Positions 1 through 13,010 of a DNA stretch of 64,000 nucleotides are shown here, piece after piece (position 1 is the first letter of the stretch; every line of letters begins with the position of its first letter). The notes beneath the pieces were generated by a model. The model was not told the DNA's origin, ran no database searches, and worked only from the letters and a program-made list of their open reading frames with translations. The DNA comes from Paraphysomonas bandaiensis (taxonomy: Eukaryota > Protista > Chrysophyceae): the NCBI GenBank assembly GCA_965644295.1, contig CBFFRP010000002.1:1-64000 (forward strand), given 5' to 3'. Position numbers and translations under genes: made by a program.

Positions 1-324
1 TATGTGTTCACAGCAGCAGTAGGATTGTATCCTTGTACGTAGTCAGATTGAATACACTACAAGGAATACAGTATCGGTATCTATGTGGATCTGGATCTGG
101 GTGTGTTGTGTACACTGCTGTACAGAGCTGCGCTGTCAAATTCGAAATTTGGAATTTGTCTCACATTATGATGATGGCATGAGCAGACATGTACATGTAC
201 AGTGTATATAGGGATTAAAGGCGAATCATTCGCAACACAGCCTTTTGAAAATATCTCACCATCACTGTTGCTGTCACTTAATACTTCCTTCAACTTGAGT
301 AGGTGCTGTGCGGTGTAGAGAGTC

Positions 325-1933
325 ATGATCACCACTCCTTCCATCTCGATGAGCTGTCAGCAGCCTGATGATTGCAGTGATCAGACATCAGATTCAACGA
401 TCCTCTTAACAGATAGTGTATGTTGTTATATCTTATATCGTGCAGTGTAAGTGGCCCTGTATAGGACGAGATGATCACTAAGGCCGAAAGTGATGAGGAG
501 AGAGTGATCTGCAATTGCAGAAAATCCAGATGCTTGAAACTGTGAGACTAAGATCGTACTTTGTAAACTACACGTTCTAATCTCACATATTTTACGTGAA
601 TAGGTACTGCCAATGTTTTGCGGCTAAAATTGTTTGTAATTCATGCTGCCATTGCATTGATTGTGCGAATATTGTGGGCAATGAGGAGGTTCGTGAAAAT
701 GCAGTGAAGGTGATTTTGGAAAGGAATCCTAATGCCTTCGATTGCAAGTTTAAGAAAACGGTATTGTCGAATTGTTACATTTAATTTAATAAAATTATTT
801 CAGGAAGCCGTTTCTACTCTATCTCACAAGACAGGTTGTCGATGTCGCAAGTCTATGTGCTTGAAGAAGTATTGCGAGTGCTTCAACGTTAGTTCTCTCG
901 CTCTGGTTTGTGACCTCATTTTTCTGTTGTCAGGAGGGTGTACTCTGTAGTTCCAGCTGTTCATGCTTGCATTGTGCGAATGATGGAAGTGGACGGATTC
1001 CTGCCAAGAGTACGAAAGAGCTGCGAGATAGGTGTCTATATCCAAGTATTGCATACTTTAAAAAAATCTAAAAATACTTTCGCAAGTCGGATCGCGATGA
1101 GGGCATCCCCTAGCAGCGAAGATATTCGTGCAGCAGCAGAGGTACGTAATACAAATGTCGCTAACTCCAAACTCTTCCCACTATATTTAAATGCACAGAC
1201 ACTATTACAGGCCCGTGACATTAAGCAGAAGACGGTCGTCGAAGTTGGTGGGCTGTATACATCCAGAACAAGTAAACGGAAGCGTCAACGTCAACGGATG
1301 GAACAGGGAAATAATCAGTGTCAGACGAAAGATTTCCAAGCACCCTTGTTTTCAACTGAGCGTCCTTCTATCCTTTCCCGGTTATCGTCTCTACCACAGC
1401 CCCCTCGTGTCGTATGCAATAAGCCCACCCCTTCTGATCACCCCACCACCACGAAATCTACCTGTGCTTCTCAGCAACAGAAGCTGGATTGCTCTATTTC
1501 TCTCCGCAATGCCTTACCGAGGAGTCTCGGTTGCACCTCTGCTTTCTCTCTTCTCAGCAGGCATAGTCTGCGTCCCCGGTCCCTGGGTACTCTTCCCACC
1601 CACTTGTGGGAAACTAACCAACTGCAATATACAAGTGGCCACAGTTCTGAGAGCGCCCCGTTCGACTCTCTTTCGAATGTTATCCAAAGGTCATCATCGT
1701 TGTCCTCGCAGGACAGCGCGTGCTCTGAGGATATTGGGGCACCACGCAATGATCACCGTTCCATGCACCTTCATGGTGTTGGAAAGTTGTACAGCCAGCA
1801 CATTTTAGCCTCTACCAATGATATTAAGTATCTATTCCCCAATTCTAAAGATGACGCAGTGATTTATGTTGGACAAACTGACAAGCCCAATATCTGGAAA
1901 AAAACCGTACTTGATGCAATGGAATTTATCTAG
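325..1933 (+). CDS. Tesmin/TSO1/LIN54-like CXC (CRC) domain protein, multi-exon
   Basis: Spliced reading gives CNCRKSRCLKL|YCQCFAA..CNSCCHCIDCAN, linker ERNPNAF, and a second CXC GCRCRKSMCLKKYCECF. Short GT-AG introns (e.g. 418-464, 542-603). Low-complexity C-terminal exon ends at TAG 1933. Start codon uncertain (325 or 471). Confidence 0.85.
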
Positions 1934-2301
1934 CATTTTTTCAATGAATTTTTTGAGAATATGCGATGCGAATATGAAACGCCTGTCTGCTATTGGCTAG
2001 ATGTTTGATCGATCTAGCATTGTTGCTGGCTTGCTTACAGAAATATATGTGTTTATATAATTCAGTCGTAGTTACATGCCCACTGTGTGGTTCATGTTTA
2101 AATCTCCAACAGCATATAGGGGGAATGCTTGATTTATTTGTATTATTTCTTATAACTACTCGTTGGTATCATGTGCTGCGTGTAGTGATACTATTTATAA
2201 ACTGTTGTTGAGTTCTCTGTACCATGTCGAAAAGGGTTTCTAAGTGAATGAATGATTGTCACTGAGTCATAGCCCATCAAACTTATAGTTTTAGAACTCA
2301 G

Positions 2302-2364
2302 TGGTAAACATATGTAGTACAACAGTATCACTGGTAAACATATGTAGTACAACAGTATCACTGG
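2302..2364. repeat. 30-bp tandem duplication (TGGTAAACATATGTAGTACAACAGTATCAC x2)
   Basis: Exact direct repeat visible in the sequence. Confidence 0.9.
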
Positions 2365-2890
2365 ATAATTTATCATTTACCTATGACCAATTGTTCACAT
2401 TCATGATTGTGATTAGTACCTTTGTACGAATATTTTCACACTGGGTTCACTTCTTCAATTTTCCGCAAATTTATTATCTGAGTATTATTGTCATTACTCA
2501 CCATTCATTAGTTTTGTCATCTCCTTATAGCTATGACAGTAACACAGGTATAATAGTATCGTGTTTTTTCTCTCAAATACGTTTTATGTGCTAGTCTCTC
2601 ATTGTCGAAGAAACAAGTATTCCCAGAGATATGTGTATGGTTTCAATTATTTACCAAAGAGTATTGACATTCATCTAATGAACCGCTAAAGAACGAAGTA
2701 ATAGGTACTAGGTACATGACAAATGCTTGCAGTATACAAACGGCATGATCTAGTTAAACTTATAGGCAAATAAAACAGTAGAAGAAAATATGACTAGTGT
2801 TCCAGATTTTCAACTCTATACTGAAGTATATGCAAAGCCTACAAGTATGTATTGCTACACCGTAATTTGCACCAGCATACATATATATCA

Positions 2891-4363
2891 TCAAGTGTCA
2901 ATGGACTGTTGAAAAGAAAAAAAGTTTGATGGATCTATGTCCCGCTTCAGTGTCACTAGCCTGTCGTAGTTGACCCCATAATACGCCTGCTGCCAGTCTT
3001 CCAAAAGGCCATCGATGTAGTTTAAATAGGACCCGGATAAATACGGCTCTATGATGGAGCGCACGTGCTTTACCCACGCGACATTCTCAGCTTCCTCGTC
3101 CGGATTCTCCCATATACCCTTAATTTGGATGAGAAGCTGCACATCTCGATGTGGGAAGGCGGTAGCATTGGGTGGAAACTCTGCAATACGTCCTCCACCC
3201 ACGTGGAATAGGATGAGGTTTCTCTTGGAGGGAGCATGCTGCAGAGCACTAGTCAGGCGAGCGGCAAGAGAAGAAGTCATTGCTCCAGGCAAAAGAATTC
3301 CGGATGTTAGATACAGATATCCGCCTTGGGCATCTGTCACATCCACGTTAGCGAGCTGCCAAGGAATGAACCCTGTGGCTGCGACAGAGTTCGTTTCGGG
3401 TGGATATCGCGCCACAAGTGGGTCAATTATAGGTTGGCACTCCGATTCGGGATCGCCGTTGCATACTACAGTAAAGCAGAACATTCGTTGCTCCTCCTCG
3501 TTACTTTGTCCCTCCATCAGTAGCCACACTGGGACGATGTCCATCCAGGTCGGCATACGAGGCCAATAATCCAGCCACCAAACCCACAGCTGTTCCACTG
3601 TTGGCTGGTCGAAAGGGGGCCAGCATAGCTCCCCTATCCACATAACTTGGGACCGAGGCTTAGGTGCTTTGATAATGAATGAAGACACTACACCGAAATT
3701 CCCTCCACCTCCCCCTTTAGAGCCCCAGAATAGTTCTGGATTCTGCTCTGCGCTGGCTGTGACAACAGACCCATTCGAAAGCACCACTCGCATACTAACT
3801 ATGTTGTCACAGGCAAGACCATAAGATCGCGACAAAAAACTCCAGCCGCCACCCAATAGAAATCCACCAGCGCCGACGGTGGGACATCCGCCGCCGATTG
3901 GAACATATCGGCTCTCATAGGCAGCCTTATATATATCCTCCCATAGTGCTCCGGCCTCCACGTAGAACTCAGCATCCCTTTCTCCCTGTGATACCATATA
4001 GACCGATTTAATATATCGGGAGAGGTCAACAGTCAAGCCGCCTCGAGCCAAACAGTACCCGTTGGCAGAGTGTCCGCCAGAAAGAACTGAGAAAGATGTA
4101 TTGCACACCTGGGCGGCCAAAACCGACAAAGAAATATCAGCCTCACTCATCGGCGCAACAACAAGCAGTGGATATTGGATCGCGCGCCTATTATCGATAT
4201 CAATGGCTTGGCTGTAGGAAGAGGAGTTAGGGAAATCAATGGAGCCGTCAAATCCATTGGCTCTGAGATAGCGGTCCAGACAATTGGACGATATGGCCGC
4301 TGGGTGGGTTTTAGCAACACACAAAGATGTGATTGCGGCAAGTATAAATACGTGTAACAGCAT
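2891..4363 (-). CDS. Secreted berberine-bridge-enzyme-like FAD-linked oxidoreductase (VAO/PCMH family)
   Basis: Intronless 490-aa ORF with a hydrophobic signal peptide, SGGHS flavinylation motif, GGCPTVGAGG, GGWSFLSRSYGLACDN, GGGGGNFGVV and C-terminal BBE motif YLNYID..YYGVNYDRLVTLKRDIDPSNFF. Confidence 0.92.
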   Translation of the reverse strand: MLLHVFILAAITSLCVAKTHPAAISSNCLDRYLRANGFDGSIDFPNSSSYSQAIDIDNRRAIQYPLLVVAPMSEADISLSVLAAQVCNTSFSVLSGGHSANGYCLARGGLTVDLSRYIKSVYMVSQGERDAEFYVEAGALWEDIYKAAYESRYVPIGGGCPTVGAGGFLLGGGWSFLSRSYGLACDNIVSMRVVLSNGSVVTASAEQNPELFWGSKGGGGGNFGVVSSFIIKAPKPRSQVMWIGELCWPPFDQPTVEQLWVWWLDYWPRMPTWMDIVPVWLLMEGQSNEEEQRMFCFTVVCNGDPESECQPIIDPLVARYPPETNSVAATGFIPWQLANVDVTDAQGGYLYLTSGILLPGAMTSSLAARLTSALQHAPSKRNLILFHVGGGRIAEFPPNATAFPHRDVQLLIQIKGIWENPDEEAENVAWVKHVRSIIEPYLSGSYLNYIDGLLEDWQQAYYGVNYDRLVTLKRDIDPSNFFSFQQSIDT

Positions 4364-5708
4364 GGCCGCGATATGTCCGGTGTGCTCAGCTCTGCCCCGC
4401 TCTTCTACTCTCCTCTATATATTATCAGCTACTCCACTGTGCTGTACATATGTGTATGTATGTGCATATCGGAGCACAACGAAGTCCTCGAATACACTGG
4501 TATACCGTATACGGTATACCGTACTACAATGACAGGCAGGCAGGCAGAGTTGTGGTGTTGATGCGAGGATCGTATGTGTTAAGGTGTTACGTATATATAT
4601 ATATTTGCACCAATATGGAGGGCTTGTATCTGTATTTCGAGAGGAGTCTGATTTTGGAAGACACAGATATGTATGAATCGATGAGTAAAGACATGAGTTA
4701 TCTCTATCAACTCGTGTGAGCGAGATTAGAGGGAGAGATTAACCAATCAGGCCATAGTACTATTAATATCCAGTTAGACAAACATATTCTCTCAGATTGA
4801 TGGAACCTGATTGATGGGTTTGCAGATAAGCGATTGGGTATATCATCGAGGAAACACGAGTCATGAGGTTTGAAAGAACGAAACTATTTGAATGAAATTA
4901 ATTTCACTGGACGAGCCTGATTACACCATGTGTCATCAATGCAGAATCGTATATATGGCTCAGTATGATTGCTTGGATTTTACATGTGATTTTGTGTACA
5001 CAAAGTTTTGCTTGTATATCAACTGAGACTATTATAATTGGATGACCAATATAAAGAGTACTGCTAAAATATATCTGATATTCCGGGAAATTCAATTTGC
5101 GCCAATTCCCCACCCTTATATTTCTTGTATCAAATACTGTTGTAAATTGATAGTCTACTTCTCATAGTTGTGCTATACCAATTGAAATTTCATAGTTATA
5201 TTGAAAGTCTTATTATTAGCAAAAGGCGTTAAAAATCTGCGACGTTTCATAGTTAGGTAGAGATGCTATCATGCTTGCTTCGTATTGCGGGTCAGACTCA
5301 CTCAACATTGCCTCTGCATCAACGCACAAGACAATACGAATGCAATATGTTAAGGTGAATTGTCAAGCAATTCTGGTGCAGTAATGATAAGCCACAACTG
5401 AGTCGCAGTGTTTCAACTATTCATAGACGAACACTAAGCAAGCACGGTCACAAACACGGGTACTGGGTGGTGTAGTACAGTACCGTACATAGAATACACG
5501 CGATCCTTCGAATGATCATCGTGTGCCTCAAGTTCCGAAATCTGAAGTTGGAGGAAAGAATTCGTTTTCATTACTTTATAAGTTATAATTTCAGTGTCAA
5601 ATATTCTGTTTAAAATTGATAGTTTCCCAACAAGACAATTATATAGCGGTACGTGGTATTATACCAATATCGTACGATAGTTTCAATGAGTACGCCGCGT
5701 TAATCTCA

Positions 5709-6814
5709 TCATAGAGAAGAAATAAAAGATAAGATGTCATCAAGGGTTGCACGGTAAACATCTGGCATTGCTTTGATGAACATGAGATCACCTCCATGGA
5801 TAGTTCCGCAGACAACTCTAGCGCGAGCACGAACACCTGCATGGAGTAGCTTACGGTAGAAAACAAGACCCTCATCTCTAAGAGGATCAAGTTCATTAAC
5901 AGAAATGACAACGGGAGGAAGTCCAGTCAAATCTTCAGAAGAAGCCCAAAAAGGCCAAGCGAGGGGATTTTCACGGGGATTTGTACCACTCGGTAGATAT
6001 ATTCCCGACAAGTGGAACATCTCACCTTCAGTCAATAATATTCCATTATTTTCTGTTAGTGAAGGAAGTGAAGCTTCTTCCGGTGCTCCATTGCCGTAAA
6101 GGCCATAGATATAAGGGCACATTGAATAGATACCATCGACCTGCGACCCCTTTCCATCCTTATATGATTTCATTCCAACTGCTAACGATAAATTTCCTCC
6201 ACCAGATTCACCTGCCACCACGACTTTTGATATTCCGCGCTCAGCTTTGTGATCATGCACCCATTGAAGACCAACCATGCAGTCATTGAGTCCGGCAGGA
6301 TATTGATGCGGCCCTAACTTTCCAGCGGCGTTCCGAAACTCGACACCAACAACAATTACGCCCAATGCTGCAAGGTTGTTGCGAAAGGCCACATATAAAG
6401 AATCTGTCGCAGTCAAAATCGACATACCACCTCCATGAGTATGATATACGCATGGTAGTGGTCCCTCTTTATTCGCTGGTGTAGATATGTACAAGGTAAT
6501 ATCGTTTCCGTCTTCACCTTTCACAGTCACAGTTTCAGTAACGACTTGCGGAACTTGTGTAAACTCTGCACAAATGGACTCCTGACAACATATGAGACGA
6601 CACATTCGAAACATATCTCACTTACAAATGCCTTCTGGTATCCAGCTTCCGCAGCATTGAAATAAGCAATTCGTTCCTCATACGTTGCAGCTCTGTCAAG
6701 TGGGCATGGAGGAGTTGTTCCAGCCAAACCCAACTCTTTCATTGCATTAACCATTCGGAAATCACCACGCTCAGCGAGGCGATGATCAACAACAACTTCG
6801 GCAGGAGTTTCCAT
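5709..6814 (-). CDS. Alpha/beta hydrolase, hormone-sensitive-lipase (family IV) esterase
   Basis: HGGG oxyanion motif, GESGG nucleophile, DPLRDEG and His motif. One 44-nt intron (6582-6625) joins the two ORFs in frame (KAF|ESIC). Confidence 0.9.
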
Positions 6815-7327
6815 TTTCTCACGGTACGCTTTAGGGAAGATAGATGTCACGGGGTAGGGCCTATGAGCAGCAGCAGTATATGATGTGAAGGCTGTGGTGT
6901 TATTTATGGGGATAGAAGCACTTCAAGTCAAAAAGATACCATCAGAGTTCTCTGGATTTCCAGATCCTTTGGACGGTATAGGCTACATCTATACAGCAGT
7001 ATATACAATGTATACAGTGGCTGGATATGTGTGAGTGTGAGATATCTTGAAGGGACTCTATTCAAGAGCGTATTCCGGTATTCTTGTACTCCACGTACTG
7101 CTGTACGTACATAATAACTAGGAAAATAGCCGTTGGTCAGAATACGTGGTATACAGTGTAGTTGGCATGTGTTCTGCAGTGACTCTCTCAGTGGGTATGT
7201 ACGTGTATATGGCACACATGACTGTTTGTGCCACATGACTGCTGCACAGCACAGCACAGGACAGCACAGGACAGGACAGCGCTGTTGAACGAGAGGGGCA
7301 TTAATTCACCACTTATCCAAACTTGTA

Positions 7328-10143
7328 ATGATGGCAACCAAAGGCAGCATAAAGTGGATCCATGTTGACAGCTCATGTCCCAAACCACAGATAGCGGTCA
7401 ACAATGAGGTCAAGCGAGAAGTTTTCGACAAAATCGGAAGAAAAAAATGCAATTTGGTGTCAATATTTGGAGCGGCGAGGTGTGTGTTTATCTCTAGTGG
7501 TGATTCATACTTTAATTATTGCATATGAAGGCAAGGGAAGAGTTTTCTGATGAACTGTCTGGCGGACAGGTCAGGACTGTTCACGATATCGAATCGGTCT
7601 GTTCCATGCACACAAGGAATTGATATCTCTCGACATACTGTATCTCTCAAGACGTTTTCTGAAATGGATGGCGGGAGACCTGTTGCGGGGAACGTTGATG
7701 TTGGATTCGTGGATGCAGAGGGACAAGGAGATCGCGATGTTACCTACGATGCGGTACTGTGATTGTGTGGTAAATTATTGCGTGATAAGATTTTTTTAGA
7801 ACTTGGTGTGCCCGATATTGCTGGCGTCCAAATGCGTGCTACTCAATTGGATGGATAGTGTACAAAAGGACAAGATACTGAATCACCTTGGCATCATGCA
7901 CAAAGCAGCTATTAATGTTGCGACAGAAGGCGATCTAGACAATGCACACGGCGAAATTTTTGGAAATCTACATATAGTCTTCCGTGACTGGCGGTTTGAG
8001 GGCGATGAGAATTCCGTTCTAAATGACATTTTTCGTGAGGAACGTGGTGTAGACACTGCGTCAGCTGTACGGAACCAGATCCGTCGCTCTGTGCGGTCCA
8101 GTTTCAAGTCAGTTAACGTGTGGCTTCTGCCTCCACCCACCAAGGACACGCAGTCGCTGCGGACTGAGCTTACAGTGCAGGGTACATCCCCTGCTTTCAG
8201 AGAAAAGTTGCGCGAGCTTAGAGGGACCCTGGTATGAATTTGACGTGTTCTAAAGCGTTGTTTTGACCTGTTTGCAGGCTAAACAAATGCAGGAGCCCAC
8301 CTCATTCAATGGTAGACCGCTCAATGGTTACAACATGGCTTCTCTGGTAGAGACGGTTGTAGGGGTTCTCAACGCCGGAAAAACTATTAGTCCGCTTCCG
8401 GCGTGGGTGTCTATGTCATCGGCCGAGGCGACGAAAATACAACGCAAATGGCAGGGGTATGTTAGGGAGAATCTAAATGCAGAGGAACAACACATCAAGG
8501 AAGCTGCCTCAAAATGTGATTCATATTCTGCTCAATTTATTACTGCTGCAGAATTACAGCTCCGGGCCAACGAGATCGTGGAGGAAGCCTGCAAACAATA
8601 TATTGCTGAAGTAGGAGAGACAGTGGGGGATCTTGAAGGAGATCTGGAGGATGAAATACTGACTCCCCCACTACGAGAGTTGGAGAGGACTTCGAGCGAT
8701 GCGTTGGCTGGGCATATTCGGTTCTATAAAGAAGTACTTTATGAGTGGTTACGTCGCCTGGTAAAAGTGACAATGGCTGACATTCAGTCGTGCATGGCTG
8801 CTACTGCTCATGAAATTCTACCAGTCGATGATATGACGGAGCTTGACCTCGCCATGAGTAATATTTGTAGTCACATTGAGAAAGGAAGCACTTTGCTGCG
8901 GGCTGGAGAGCTTTATGGCGTAGGCATGGAGGAGTTACAGGAGTATCAGTCGCAGTTGGATGCCTGTGCAGAGATGCAGATAAGAATATATCGGGATGAA
9001 AATGAAAAACTTGTTGAGAAAGTAAGGCAGGATGTGTCGAGACTTCTTGAAGGGAAAATCAAAAACATTCGGGGTGGGGCAGAGAAATTATTAAAAGATT
9101 TTGAAGAGGAAGTGAAGCGAAACCGTGTGGTTCCTCTTTGTAACTTGACTCGACAGCTAGACGAAAGGTTCCATATAGAGAAAGACAGTCTAGAAGTGGA
9201 GATACGAAACACTATCAAATGTGATTTAGATACCTCTTCACGATTAACGCGTGCAGTATCGCAGCTAGAAGAAGAGAACCAAAAGCTCAGGGTGTCCCTC
9301 AAAAATTCCCATTCAACGGTAGCGATTGCACAACTGCAGAAATTGTCAGGGAAGTTGACAACAGAGTTGTGTTCAACATCTCTTTCGCTTCTGGATAACG
9401 GCCCCGTTGATGACTGTGCAGAATTACAGCAAAAGTTTGGGTATATGGTAGATGAGTTAAAGGCCATTTTATTAAAGGAGGGTGAAAAGTGGGGTATTGA
9501 TATGGACGGTAACTTCGAGGAGATGGTAATAAAGCACATATCGGAGGGAAGTAAAGGAGCATACAACGCGCTTTTGACTTGCAATAAAAAGTTGCTTGCA
9601 ACAACACGACAGGCGAATCAAAACAAGGAATCCCCTTCGAAAAGCAGAAAGAGAAGTATAAATACTGCTTTGAATGAAGCAAGCAAAGAGGAAATACCTG
9701 TCTCTTCTAACAGAAACATCAATGTTTCGAGTTTGCATGACGAAACCGTCGATACAGGAATGGAAGATCGTAATCCTGCCAAAAAGGCGCGGAGAATGAC
9801 TACAAAACTAGATAAACCCATTACCATCTCTATGTTAGAGGGCCCTACTGCCATGGATATTGACGAGGATACTTCTTTAAATAATGTCGACCGTGCAACG
9901 AGGATAGAGAGAGAGAGACAACGGGCCAAGGAATGGGGTAAAAACTTGTTGCAGGGTAAAAACGCTGCGAAGGGGGGCGCCAATAAAAAATCCGTTGACA
10001 CGGTTATTTCAGAACCAAATGCCAGTAGTCTAGATGCTGTAAAGAGAGCTGCTAGGCAGAATATTAGCGCCCGGGGCGAAGAAAGGTCACGGAAGCTAGG
10101 GAGAAATTCGTCTGTCGGGAAGAAAAGTAATGTGAAAGAATAA
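7328..10143 (+). CDS. Guanylate-binding protein (GBP)/atlastin-like large GTPase with helical C-terminus
   Basis: Spliced P-loop GAAR|QGKS, switch TQGI, G3 DAEG and G4 FRD, then a long helical/coiled-coil exon. Three short introns near 7480, 7754 and 8232. Confidence 0.88.
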
Positions 10144-10419
10144 GTGTGAAGTCAATGGGTGTTATTCATTAATACTAACTTGAAACCATACAGCACGTTC
10201 ATCTAATTTTACTATGACATTCATGTAACAAGATTTATAACATAGATGAATGACTTTGTTGGGCTACACCCAACTGCTCAATAGCATGGTATTTTTTTGT
10301 AGGTAGGAATAAATTGTTTTAGGGAAACTGCAACGCAGAATACCTAGTCAACAGCAGAAGTGAATATGTTGTGATGTAGGACTATACTTATTTTTAGCCA
10401 TCTTGGGCATACATTTCCC

Positions 10420-10660
10420 ATAAATAAATTCATACAGGATTAATGTTGCAAAACAAATAAATTACTAACTAGACAAAGTCTGATATCCTACTATTTAACG
10501 CTACGAAAGCTGCTTATGCGTCGCCACAAGCACCAAGGTACAACCACTTTCGCTCTATCACTCAAAACAAATGCAGTGAGAAAGCAGAATGTTGATATAC
10601 CTGAAACTTTCTGACTTCAGGATTTTTGAGTCCTTAAGGTGGATGCCTGTTTATTCGTCA
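10420..10660 (-). mobile_element. 3' part of the non-autonomous retroelement (family B) ending in the LINE-type 3' RNA motif
   Basis: Reverse complement matches 31190-31355 and 55690-55735, and contains the 3' motif at 10503-10553. Confidence 0.75.
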
Positions 10661-10870
10661 AGGAGTTCCGCCATTCTCAAGAAACTTTCCAGCAGAGTCT
10701 GGAGTACCTCACTTCAACAGGTTGAACGTTTCTGGACAGGAACCATCACCGAGGCTCATATGGAAAGCATTTTGGAACACAATACAATTGCACCCTCAAT
10801 TCGCGTGGACTACGTGCCATTGATAACCCTAACCTAAAGAAAGTCAAAAGCGTCGCACTTCAAAGTAAGT
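10661..10870 (+). mobile_element. LINE ORF2 C-terminal fragment
   Basis: Encodes QVERFWTGTIT, matching QVERYWTGHIT (ORF 29750-30538) and VERFWTGTT (~32050, minus strand). Confidence 0.7.
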
Positions 10871-10886
10871 CAATTTTGATCTCATA

Positions 10887-10930
10887 TATACATACATACA
10901 TGTACATACATACATACATACATACATACA
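10887..10930. repeat. (TACA)n microsatellite
   Basis: Visible in the sequence. Confidence 0.9.
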
Positions 10931-12029
10931 TAACTCACTTACGTTGAAGTGTACAATGATACTCTGTATATATACTAATTATGTAGAGAGTGATCAATTT
11001 TTACCTTCTTATATAATACACATAAGTTAAAGACAGATATACATAATAATAGAGAGAGATCGTAATATATATATTATATGACAAACATATATTATAAGGA
11101 AGCCGGTATTGACATATGTGGTTGATTGCATGATAAAGGTATGTTTATATATACTGAAGTCGATATAACCTTGTTGATTGCATGATAAATGTTGATTCGA
11201 TGTTTGAAGTTCTCACTCTTGTGCACACTGTATATGTCGCCAGTACTCGTTATTCATGGAAGTTATCTTTCTACGATCAAGTTAACTGCTGTTTGATCGT
11301 TTTGAGTAATCCTACGTCAGTCAGAGTTCCTTTAATTGCCAGTAATATGGGATGGTATAATCCATCAATTCATCAAAGCGGGATATTCATTACTCGCACT
11401 TAAAACACCCCTCATATACACCCCTCATATGATGCTCTCACCCCCCCCACAACAATAACACATGAGATCAGTGTAAGTTCATATATATGTGACCATCCAT
11501 ACGCATATCTCACAACCCTATTAGGCTTAACAAGAGGGAAGAGAGAGCAGATGAATCATATCCATCAGATGAGAATCACAGAGATGAGCACACATCAAGA
11601 GAAAGGAGGGACGAGACTCTTCTCTGAGCCCTCAGGGAACAGCAGTCAGAGTAATTTATTCAATCTGGAGAAAGTAAACAATATAATAATATTATGCCAA
11701 CGTGGAAAAAAATCCCACGTTTTTGACGTGCATTCCTTGTTAAAACTAGCTAGAGATACTAGTTGAGTGCTAATAAATAGTTCTCTGCATTCAATATAAA
11801 AATGGGCTCAACACTAATAACCGTTTGATTGTTATGTATATACGTGAATGAGTATTGTATAAACATAACACCACGCATAATTATTGAAGAGAAGAGCAAC
11901 AAAAACATACTCTAAGGAGCAACAAACATAATGTGCAGTCAGCATATTCAGACTGTTTTGACGGCCTCTGTTCACGTCAGTACAGAGAGCAACACACACA
12001 CAGCTGAAACGACTGCAAATGAGATCTGA

Positions 12030-12500
12030 CATCGGATATCTGTCTATTCATGTATTTGGCAGCCCTCCTACAAGCTCACAACCACACCGCACACACACTG
12101 CCACCAACCCGACAATCCTTCAGCAGCTCCTTCAAGCAACAACATCCACCCACGTGATCTCGCTCCCAACGCAGGCCTGCAATTTAATCCGGTCCGAATA
12201 CAAACGACTCTCACCTCCAAACGAAACCCAGACACGACTGGAGCTCCCGGATCCTCTGTCACCGACTCACACCCACGAATCAAAACCCCACCCTCCACAT
12301 CCTGGCCCACAAGTGGCTTCGGACCGACAGAGACATTGCCCAAAGGAAGACCACCGGACAAGCCCAACACAAGGGATGGTTGCACCAAGGTGCTTGCAGC
12401 AATATATGCACAAGCAGTCCCGAGACAACTCAGTATTTAGCAACTTTGCTACCACTAGTCTAAAGTCGTAGATAGCTAAACAAGAGGTAGTTCTCTCCTG
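12030..12500 (+). mobile_element. 5'-truncated LINE 3' end (subfamily of the 29.6-30.5 kb copy)
   Basis: Encodes a PTILQQLLQATT segment and PKGRPPD (12339-12359), followed by the 3' RNA motif at 12373-12421. Confidence 0.75.
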
Positions 12501-12690
12501 TAATAATCAGATCTTTATATATTGATGTCATCGGCGGAGGTAATATATGTATGTCGAGGTAACGGCTTTTTGTGTAGATTTTGACTCTGCCTTCTTGTAA
12601 TATATGTTGAATACGAACGTAATAATACATATCACTTTTATTTCAAGAACCCTTGTGTCAACCGCGTACGAAAGAACTGTAGAGGGGTGG

Positions 12691-13010
12691 ATGGAAGTTG
12701 ATATACGGAATAAGCTCTCAAGGCGAGGGATATAACAAGAAGTTACCTGCAGGATTAGTGGAAGCGGCAGGAACTGCCTATATCATGCCTTCGCTCTGGG
12801 CCTCTGTGACAACACAGAGACCACAGTATTTGTTAATGAGTTACAGCAAAAGCTAACTAGTTGGTACCGGAGTCAATAGCTTGGTCTTGAATTGGCCGCT
12901 TTAGCCTCAACATTGAAATTATGACACTCATAGGCACCATAGCCAAGAGTGGGAGGAGAGACCCCGACACTGTCAGTCAGTGTATAAAGGCTCTGTCAGT
13001 CTGTCAAGTC
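12691..13010 (+). pseudogene. Possible OTU-like cysteine protease remnant
   Basis: Frame reads SGSGRNCLYHAFALGL (cf. OTU GNCLF/Y..A), with a downstream frameshifted (W)GGE...KALS-like segment and in-frame stops. Confidence 0.35.

Noticed and set aside
3051-3569. Antisense and alternate-frame ORFs overlapping real genes (also 8946-9584, 48011-48709, 54191-54718, 58984-59541)
   Set aside because: These are shadow ORFs of coding regions with no motifs of their own.
10940-11460. Possible solo LTR with purine tract (GTGGGGGGG|TG on the minus strand)
   Set aside because: There is no partner LTR, TSD or clean CA end in the window, so it cannot be supported.
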